A stretch of DNA of 34,110 nt from a virus: IMG/VR virus record IMGVR_UViG_3300032117_000096; one strand, 5' to 3'. Positions 16,662-21,960 of this stretch are shown in pieces (within the stretch, counting starts at the first letter, position 1; each line of letters starts with the position of its first letter). A program made the translations under genes and the position numbers. Under the pieces are notes generated by a model. That model searched no databases. It was not told where the DNA came from and worked only from the letters and a program-made list of their open reading frames with translations.

Positions 16662-17276
16662 TCATGGCTTTTCCTCATCGCCTACATCTCCGATATTGAG
16701 GCATCCAAGCGTTTTAACCTGCAATCCAAGCTGAGACTGTAGTCTCTGCTCATTTGCCTTTTTAAGGTTCTCAGCATTCCATTTGCGTTGATACTCTCTT
16801 ACCTTTTCAGGGTTCTCAGCCCTCCATTTGCGTTGATTCTCTCTTGCCTTTTCAGGGTTCTCAGCATTCCATTTGCGTTGATTCTCTCTTGCCTTTTCAG
16901 GGTTCTCAGCATTCCATTTGCGTTGATACTCTCTTACCTTTTCAGGGTTCTCAGCCCTCCATTTGCGTTGATACTCTCTTACCTTTTCAGGGTTCTCAGC
17001 CCACCATTTGCGTTGCTTCTCTCTTGCCTTTTCAGGGTTCTCAGCCCTCCATTTGCGTTGATACTCTCTTGCCTTTTCAGGGTTCTCAGCCCTCTGTTTG
17101 CGTTGCTGCTCATTTACCTTTTCAAGGTTCTCAGCCATCCATTTGCGTTGATACTCTCTTACCTTTTCAGGGTTCTCAGCCCTCCATTTGCGTTCCTTCT
17201 CATTTACCTTTTCAAGGTTCGCAGCTCTCCACTTACGTTGATACTCCCGCTTTCGCTCCCGTTGCTCTTCAGTCAT
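16662..17276 (-). CDS. Tandem-repeat protein: eleven 15-aa repeats, consensus ENPEKVREYQRKWRA
   Basis: 204-aa ORF. Almost the whole protein is periodic, with Pro, Trp and Tyr at fixed positions and K/R/E rich. A short non-repeat C-terminal tail follows. Confidence 0.7.
   Translation of the reverse strand: MTEEQRERKREYQRKWRAANLEKVNEKERKWRAENPEKVREYQRKWMAENLEKVNEQQRKQRAENPEKAREYQRKWRAENPEKAREKQRKWWAENPEKVREYQRKWRAENPEKVREYQRKWNAENPEKARENQRKWNAENPEKARENQRKWRAENPEKVREYQRKWNAENLKKANEQRLQSQLGLQVKTLGCLNIGDVGDEEKP
16745..17270. repeat. 45-bp tandem repeat array, about 11.5 copies
   Basis: The anchor ccatttgcgttg recurs at 16779, 16824, 16869, 16914, 16959, 17004, 17049, (17094 variant), 17139, 17184 and (17229 variant), an exact 45-bp period. 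Confidence 0.95.
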
Positions 17277-17338
17277 AATTCTTATTGTTGTTGATGTTGT
17301 TTCCGAAGTCCCGATGTTAGCGCATTGGGATTTCGCTT

Positions 17339-17512
17339 TTAAAGACTATCACTTATCGTTGTCATAAGCCAGAATCCAAGTTCAGCCACCTTTTCTGCTA
17401 ATTCTGTTGTGATCTGCGAGCCAACAGCCGTTTCTGTTGCAGGCATATCTATACTTTCAATCTCTGCCATATACGAGCTTAAAAGCGCCCTGTCTTTATC
17501 GTAAAACTCCAT
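17339..17512 (-). CDS. Small acidic protein (57 aa)
   Basis: Found by hand: MEFYDKDRALLSSYMAEIESIDMPATETAVGSQITTELAEKVAELGFWLMTTISDSL. It fills the gap between the membrane-protein genes and the repeat gene. Confidence 0.4.
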   Translation of the reverse strand: MEFYDKDRALLSSYMAEIESIDMPATETAVGSQITTELAEKVAELGFWLMTTISDSL

Positions 17513-17536
17513 AGCCGTTATTGTTATTATTGTTGA

Positions 17537-17761
17537 TTAATACCAGTACTCCTTTACACCGTCGCCCTCTTTGTCCGCAATCATCTCTTCCTTCCTAAAA
17601 TCATAAATCAGATAACCGGTCTTTACGACAACGAGAGCTAACGCAATCCAGAACCCAATCGAGGCACACAAAGTCATTTGCTCACCATCAATCGCGGGGA
17701 CAGCAAAGAGCCCGACGATCATTAGCACCATCCCCGTTTTTACCACTTCAATTGTCTTCAT
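17537..17761 (-). CDS. Small two-TM membrane protein (paralogue of 17788..17973)
   Basis: 74 aa with two hydrophobic helices. SD GGAGAGGAAGA. Shares M.TI..VK...V.MI.GL...P.IDGE..T with the upstream gene. Confidence 0.6.
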   Translation of the reverse strand: MKTIEVVKTGMVLMIVGLFAVPAIDGEQMTLCASIGFWIALALVVVKTGYLIYDFRKEEMIADKEGDGVKEYWY

Positions 17762-17787
17762 TCTTCCTCTCCGTTTTTGATCGTTGA

Positions 17788-17973
17788 TTATAATGGCTTA
17801 GGTATATTCCACTCCGCTATCGCCTCAAGCGCCTGAATAATACCAAGAATTACGGCAGAACAGATTCCTGCAAAAGATGTCATGGTTATCGTTTCCCCGT
17901 CGATTACAGGAGCCATCATTAGCCCTATAATCATTATGACGAGTGTGTTCTTTATTATGTCGATAGTGCTCAT
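17788..17973 (-). CDS. Small two-TM membrane protein (paralogue of 17537..17761)
   Basis: 61 aa with two hydrophobic helices. ATGA overlap with the upstream micro-ORF. Confidence 0.6.
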   Translation of the reverse strand: MSTIDIIKNTLVIMIIGLMMAPVIDGETITMTSFAGICSAVILGIIQALEAIAEWNIPKPL

Positions 17974-18116
17974 CCTTCCTCCTCTATCGGTATCTGATAG
18001 CTGTCTTCAGCCATCAAAATGCCGGCCTCGGTAAACTTTACGATCTCATAAAACTTGGTCTCTCGTGTGATCGAGTACCTGATCACGCGCCCGATCTCCG
18101 CCAAAAGCTTTTTCAT
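17970..18116 (-). CDS. Small protein (48 aa)
   Basis: Found by hand: MKKLLAEIGRVIRYSITRETKFYEIVKFTEAGILMAEDSYQIPIEEEG. Strong SD AAAGGAGGAAGAatg. ATGA overlap with the next gene. Confidence 0.55.
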   Translation of the reverse strand: MKKLLAEIGRVIRYSITRETKFYEIVKFTEAGILMAEDSYQIPIEEEG

Positions 18117-18132
18117 TCTTCCTCCTTTTTAA

Positions 18133-18390
18133 TTATACATCGCCAGAGCCAGACCCATTGCCATCGCCATAGCCTTTGCCATCGCCAGAGCCATTGCCAT
18201 TGCCTTCGCCATCGCCAGAGCCTTCGCCATAGCCTTCGCCATAGCCTTCGCCAGAGCCAGACCCATTGCCATCGCCATAGCCTTTGCCATCGCCAGAGCC
18301 ATAGCCAGAGCCATCGCCATCGCCAGAGCCATAGCCAGAGCCATCGCCAGAGCCATCGCCATCGCCATAGCCATAGTTTATACCGTCCAT
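18133..18390 (-). CDS. Acidic (Gly-X)n low-complexity protein, 85 aa
   Basis: The sequence MDGINYGYGDGDGSGDGSGYGSGDG...GSGSGDV has Gly at every second position, with X = D/S/Y/E/N/K. This frame has a good SD (GAGGtggcggaATG) and overlaps the end of the upstream gene by 13 nt. Confidence 0.5.
   Translation of the reverse strand: MDGINYGYGDGDGSGDGSGYGSGDGDGSGYGSGDGKGYGDGNGSGSGEGYGEGYGEGSGDGEGNGNGSGDGKGYGDGNGSGSGDV
18136..18375. repeat. Hexanucleotide-periodic tract (gccatN/gccagN units) containing a longer internal duplication
   Basis: The tract consists of gccagagcc / gccatcgcc / gccatagcc units. The segment gccagagccagacccattgccatcgccatagcctttgccatcgccagagcc occurs twice (about 18141 and about 18249, 108 bp apart). 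Confidence 0.9.
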
Positions 18391-18722
18391 TCCGCCACCT
18401 CATTTAATGATTTCAAAGCGATATGAGATAGTGGTATAATCTCTATCGCTTGGGTTAGGATTATTGACTTTACCGTCAAAGATATCCGGCTTTCTTTGAC
18501 GTTTTTCAGCCCTTTTTCAGCTATGTCGGACAGTGTATTTGCCCCGTTCCACGACCATATTCGGCGAGCGTTATTTAACTCCACTTCCATCCCGTCATGC
18601 CTGACTAGTTCGCCAAAATGCACGCCAGCCGAATAAGTGCGTATCAATACGTGCTTAGCCGATTCCGTCGGTGGAATCTTTTTTGTGTAAATTTCCCCAT
18701 TAATCGTGATTTCATTTGACAT
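18378..18722 (-). CDS. Conserved phage protein of unknown function
   Basis: 114 aa. The motif VLIRTYSAGVHFGEL...LNNARRIWSWNGANTLSDIA recalls a widespread phage family that I cannot name with certainty. Confidence 0.55.
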   Translation of the reverse strand: MSNEITINGEIYTKKIPPTESAKHVLIRTYSAGVHFGELVRHDGMEVELNNARRIWSWNGANTLSDIAEKGLKNVKESRISLTVKSIILTQAIEIIPLSHIALKSLNEVAEWTV

Positions 18723-18921
18723 GTTGGTTCCTGTTTTGTTGTTTATGGATAATTAATTCGATGTCTTCCATTTTGTGAAGCCTTCCCAAGATGTCTCTGA
18801 TACTTCCAGTACCGAAATCGACTGTCTGCAGACAAAAGACATCGTTATCACCGAACTCATTTTTGTTACTGAATTTGTCCAGGTACGCGAACCTTGATTC
18901 GTTGAATTCTTCTCGTGTCAT
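18712..18921 (-). CDS. Hypothetical protein
   Basis: 69-aa ORF that overlaps the downstream gene by 11 nt. Confidence 0.5.
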   Translation of the reverse strand: MTREEFNESRFAYLDKFSNKNEFGDNDVFCLQTVDFGTGSIRDILGRLHKMEDIELIIHKQQNRNQHVK

Positions 18922-18933
18922 TTTCCTCCCCGA

Positions 18934-19302
18934 TTAAAATGTTGTTGAAAATTCAGCCGAAACGCCACCCTGTTTCGGAGCAACCCGAACACCACCAAGC
19001 CAGGCACCAACAGCTCCTCCAATCGCCCACTCCGACATATCCGCCATGCTGGCGTTTTTGTCGAGCAATTCTTCTTTACCAATTCCGATCATTGATGGTA
19101 CTATCCAGCTTACAACTGGACTTGCTCCCTGCGTCCTGAGCGCATACGCAATGCCGGCACCAAGAGCGATATGAGAAGTAACAGGTACCCACGAAGGATT
19201 GTTGTTGCTCCAGTCGCAAAACTGCCGATACGAACTTTCCGCCCTTGCGCTTGCCGATTGCCCAACGAGCAGGCCTATAATTAGCCATGCGATGCGCTTC
19301 AT
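18934..19302 (-). CDS. Secreted / outer-membrane-like small protein
   Basis: The ATG at 19302 is preferred because of the strong SD AAGGAGAGcatt. It has a signal peptide MKRIAWLIIGLLVGQSASA|RAE, Gly-zipper segments, and a C-terminus ...AEFSTTF ending in Phe, as in OMP beta-barrels. Confidence 0.55.
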   Translation of the reverse strand: MKRIAWLIIGLLVGQSASARAESSYRQFCDWSNNNPSWVPVTSHIALGAGIAYALRTQGASPVVSWIVPSMIGIGKEELLDKNASMADMSEWAIGGAVGAWLGGVRVAPKQGGVSAEFSTTF

Positions 19303-19342
19303 AATGCTCTCCTTTTCATTTACAGTGGTGGGTTTTTTTTGT

Positions 19343-19603
19343 TTAGTTGACATTTTCTGCCTCTTCAGTTAATTGGTTAATCTCCCATCTGATCTCTTCT
19401 CGCTTCAACTTTTCACTCTTTTTATCCCTCAGCATTTCTCCGTATATCGCCCTGTACTCTTCCATAACAATTGGGTTATCTCGGTGAAATCTTTTCTTGA
19501 CAGCTCCCACTGAAATGGACACCCCCTTTCTTTCTTCGAGCCTATCACGAACTCTCGGAAATATCCCCTTGAGCTTCCTGTTATCGAACTTTTCTTTCAT
19601 CAT
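19343..19603 (-). CDS. Hypothetical basic protein, first gene of the early leftward block (possible regulator)
   Basis: 86-aa ORF directly downstream of a near-consensus promoter. The K/R/E-rich segment GVSISVGAVKKRFHR is weakly HTH-like. Confidence 0.5.
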   Translation of the reverse strand: MMKEKFDNRKLKGIFPRVRDRLEERKGVSISVGAVKKRFHRDNPIVMEEYRAIYGEMLRDKKSEKLKREEIRWEINQLTEEAENVN

Positions 19604-19634
19604 GTCGCTTATGTGTATCTTTACTGTCTCTTAG

Positions 19635-19663
19635 TTGTCACAAAAGAATTATAACCAAATAAT
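19635..19663 (+). promoter_or_regulatory. Candidate rightward promoter overlapping the leftward one
   Basis: TTGTCA (19635-19640), 17-nt spacer, AATAAT (19658-19663). Its -10 box abuts the -10 of the opposite promoter. Confidence 0.3.
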
Positions 19664-19676
19664 TGGAAAACATCAA
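19648..19676 (-). promoter_or_regulatory. Candidate early leftward promoter
   Basis: On the minus strand: TTGATG (19676-19671), 17-nt spacer, TATAAT (19653-19648). It lies about 45 nt upstream of the ATG at 19603. Confidence 0.45.
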
Positions 19677-19704
19677 AAAAAAAGATAAAATAATTGGAGG
19701 TAAC

Positions 19705-19860
19705 ATGAAGAATAATGATCAAGAAGAGTACCGTGAAGATGAAATTGGCCGTAGTCTTGGTGAACTTAATGGGCATTGCCCCGGGGATTGCGCTAAGCCA
19801 GTAATCCGGAACCTCTCAGAAATGGGAGGTTTTTTTTTGTTGCCAACCCCCCTAAGTTAA
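19705..19860 (+). other. Short plus-strand unit: SD+ATG ORF of 51 codons that runs through an intrinsic terminator. Protein or sRNA is unresolved.
   Basis: GGAGGtaacATG at 19693-19707. The reading frame MKNNDQEEYREDEIGRSLGELNGHCPGDCAKPVIRNLSEMGGFFLLPTPLS has its stop at 19858-19860, about 20 nt beyond the terminator T-tract. Confidence 0.35.
19811..19839 (+). terminator. Rho-independent terminator (plus strand)
   Basis: The stem ACCTCTC (19811-19817) pairs with GGGAGGT (19824-19830), one G-U pair included. The loop is agaaat and a T8 run follows. Confidence 0.75.
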
Positions 19861-19863
19861 ACT

Positions 19864-19912
19864 TATGCGCCTATCCTTAACGTACCCGATAAACAAGTTA
19901 AGGCAGCGCATA
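19864..19912. other. Long imperfect hairpin in a non-coding region
   Basis: TATGCGC pairs with GCGCATA (19864-19870 with 19906-19912) and CCTTAAC pairs with GTTAAGG (19875-19881 with 19897-19903). That gives 14 bp in two helices with a 15-nt apical loop. Confidence 0.4.
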
Positions 19913-20178
19913 TATAACCGGCTTCTTGAGCTTGTCCAGATAATCAGACCATTCCTGCATCATCCTTTCAGCGCGGGTAACGGTTTGCCATCGGCAGTAT
20001 ATTTTTGTGGAGCGATCAAGAGGAAAAGACCGCCACCATCAAAAAGCGATTGCGCTTTATCGGTTGGCCTGGTTGTCTTTTGTCGGGGTTGCGGGAACCT
20101 ATGAATTAATACTGAAGGAACCTTGCGGAGCATGTCAATAAAAGTATACCTAAAGCTATACTTAATAATGTTATCATC

Positions 20179-20415
20179 TTAATTTAAATCTTTTCGATAA
20201 AATCCCCCTTCAGGCAGGTCTGCTGCCATAGGGATTGCAACTCCAGTGGAATCTTTAACCCACACTTTAACACCCTTCAAAGTTTCCCTGAGCTGGACCA
20301 TCTTGGTTGTACCACTACCGAGGTACACTACTCTATTTGAGCTGCTACACGCGCTTATCAACAACAGGGATATTAACCCAGCCGTCTTTTTGTGCCGACC
20401 GAATAAAGTTGTCAT
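20179..20415 (-). CDS. Lipoprotein, candidate o-spanin (overlapped-gene arrangement)
   Basis: The signal MTTLFGRHKKTAGLISLLLISAC carries a lipobox (LISAC). The gene starts inside 20345..20566 in another frame. It is the last gene of the lysis cassette. Confidence 0.5.
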   Translation of the reverse strand: MTTLFGRHKKTAGLISLLLISACSSSNRVVYLGSGTTKMVQLRETLKGVKVWVKDSTGVAIPMAADLPEGGFYRKDLN

Positions 20416-20566
20416 CGTCTTTTGTTGGTTTACTTGCGGTTAATTCCTGCGGCTCGTTCGCCAGCCGCCAGGCCCTGACAAGCCCTACCATCACGCCAGG
20501 CGACGATAGAGCTTTTGCAATACCATAGCATATCGCTATGGTGACTTTTTCAATCCAGTCCGTCAT
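20345..20566 (-). CDS. Lysis-cassette membrane-associated protein (i-spanin or holin-accessory candidate)
   Basis: 73 aa with the hydrophobic segment VTIAICYGIAKALSSPGVMVGLV. ATGA overlap with the upstream gene. It hosts the start of the lipoprotein gene. Confidence 0.4.
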   Translation of the reverse strand: MTDWIEKVTIAICYGIAKALSSPGVMVGLVRAWRLANEPQELTASKPTKDDDNFIRSAQKDGWVNIPVVDKRV

Positions 20567-20871
20567 GAGGCTGGCGTTGGATTAGTGACAGCGCTCTTTT
20601 TCAGGGCGATCCTTATCGCGCCAGGGATGTCCGAGGCAGTCTTCACGATCTGATTAAATTCGTCAAGACTGAGGCTATTGTCTGCGCTTGCCGATACGAC
20701 TTCGCCGAGCAGTGACAGCGTACCATCCGCGCCAGCTTTGACCGCTTGGAGCGCATTTTCAGCAAGGACAAGCTTATCCTTGTACTGATTGACGTAGGCA
20801 AATGCCTTCACTGCGCCCAGCGCGAAAATAATCGTCGGAGCGAGAAATGAAGAAATGCTTGAAAAGTCCAT
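20563..20871 (-). CDS. Single-TM lysis-cassette protein (holin or i-spanin candidate)
   Basis: 102 aa. The N-terminal TM is FLAPTIIFALGAVKAFAYV and a helical domain follows. SD AAGGAGaacaacacc. Confidence 0.45.
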   Translation of the reverse strand: MDFSSISSFLAPTIIFALGAVKAFAYVNQYKDKLVLAENALQAVKAGADGTLSLLGEVVSASADNSLSLDEFNQIVKTASDIPGAIRIALKKSAVTNPTPAS

Positions 20872-20905
20872 GGTGTTGTTCTCCTTTTGTTTTTGTTGGT
20901 TGTTA

Positions 20906-21325
20906 TTATTCAGGCAGGGTTTTCCCTGCTTGAAAATCTCTTAATGACAGACCGCCTGTAAACTGAAAATGCGGCTTTTCTGGAAAGCTCTTCCAATCTC
21001 CGGCCCACTCAAGGCCGCAAGATTTCCCGATGTGGCCGATGCTTAGCCATACCTGCATGTCGTCCCATACCGGCTTACCACAAATCACCGGAACGGTATC
21101 AAATGCGACGTGGTACTGGTGGAAACTTTGGCCTCCACGGGCATTTGTTACAATGTGTCCAGGGGTGGTTCTTCCCTGGGCATAAAGAGCGTTCTGGATC
21201 TCGATATCCCTGTAAGTGCTGGTAATCAGGATATCAATTCCTGACTTCTTGCACTCATCGAGAAACTTCTCGCAAAGTGGCTGCACTTTTATGTGCAGGT
21301 CGCTGATGTTTCGGCTGTTTATCAT
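20906..21325 (-). CDS. Endolysin, peptidase M15 (VanY / L-Ala-D-Glu peptidase-like)
   Basis: ILITSTYRDIEIQNALYAQGR...GGQSFHQYHVAFD...GLEWAGDW...EKPHFQF are the zinc-peptidase M15 motifs. The ATG at 21325 is ATGA-coupled to the upstream gene (the ORF is open to 21370). Confidence 0.85.
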   Translation of the reverse strand: MINSRNISDLHIKVQPLCEKFLDECKKSGIDILITSTYRDIEIQNALYAQGRTTPGHIVTNARGGQSFHQYHVAFDTVPVICGKPVWDDMQVWLSIGHIGKSCGLEWAGDWKSFPEKPHFQFTGGLSLRDFQAGKTLPE

Positions 21326-21663
21326 GATGCTTCGTTTGTTCTTGGGTTTAACCTTTTTAGCAATGCACACCCTTCTGCATGTTTCAGTTCGATTGTCCTG
21401 ATACGATCAAAGACTTCGCTAAGACTTTTATCAAGGTTCTCTTTCAGCAAAGACTGGTTATCGCTGATCTGCTTTACTGTTTGCGTTACTGTGCTGAGAG
21501 ACTTCGTGATATCCGCTTCTTTTAGAGAAACTTTCAACTCTGCGTTTTCTTTGTTAAGAGCGAATCCCATTTTTGCATAGTAAGCGGCAATTCCTGCCAG
21601 AAGAAGAACCGATGTTGTACCTATTGCGACAAAATCCGAGAAATCAACCTGAGTTATCTGCAT
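21322..21663 (-). CDS. Single-TM protein with coiled-coil tail (holin candidate)
   Basis: The ATG at 21663 gives MQITQVDFSDFVAIGTTSVLLLAGIAAYYAKMG followed by a helical tail. It lies immediately upstream of the endolysin. The ORF is open to 21780, but that would overlap the previous gene. Confidence 0.45.
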   Translation of the reverse strand: MQITQVDFSDFVAIGTTSVLLLAGIAAYYAKMGFALNKENAELKVSLKEADITKSLSTVTQTVKQISDNQSLLKENLDKSLSEVFDRIRTIELKHAEGCALLKRLNPRTNEAS

Positions 21664-21673
21664 GTTTATTTTT

Positions 21674-21949
21674 TTAAAGAGATGTTGGACGCAAAGCAAA
21701 TGTTGACTCTGTCTTCCCTGCGTTAGAACCGTAAACAGATTTCCATTGTGCCGTGTATTGTCCAGAGCCATTAGACCCACTCTGATAAATATATTGCCAC
21801 GTTCCGGTTCCTGAGTTATATGTTGCCGCCTGATTCAATACAGGAATAGTCCCGTCTGGAGCTAGAATAGATACCGTCACCGATGCCGGAGTCCCTCCTC
21901 CAACAATGGTTATTTGAGCGCTGAGCAAGACAGATGTTCCTAAAAACAT
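21674..21949 (-). CDS. Small beta-rich (Ig-like?) virion-associated protein
   Basis: 91 aa. The pattern TIVGGGTPASVTVSILAPDGT...GTWQYIY...GQYTAQW is beta-sandwich-like. The function is inferred from position only. Confidence 0.4.
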   Translation of the reverse strand: MFLGTSVLLSAQITIVGGGTPASVTVSILAPDGTIPVLNQAATYNSGTGTWQYIYQSGSNGSGQYTAQWKSVYGSNAGKTESTFALRPTSL

Positions 21950-21960
21950 GATTCAAACGT

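Noticed and set aside
16788-17294. Two long plus-strand ORFs (16788-17294 and 16844-17278) antisense to the repeat-protein gene
   Set aside because: They exist only because the 45-bp repeat has no stops in several frames. They have no SD, they oppose the whole early block, and their products are Leu/Phe/Ser or Pro/Phe/Gln periodic nonsense. The minus frame has a proper start and a charged, helix-like repeat.
18113-18403. The Trp-Arg-Leu-rich (18113-18403) and Ala-Met-Leu-rich (18129-18374) alternative minus-strand frames over the hexanucleotide tract
   Set aside because: They are open only because of the repeat composition. Neither start has an SD comparable to the Gly-X frame. The WR frame would overlap the conserved upstream gene by 26 nt and run into the next gene's strong SD and start codon. 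Kept as a caveat, since only experiment can exclude them.
19865-20104. 79-codon plus-strand ORF in the non-coding region
   Set aside because: It has no SD and starts inside a strong hairpin downstream of a terminator. The composition is odd (Cys/Arg/Pro-rich) and no family is recognisable. The region is treated as non-coding.
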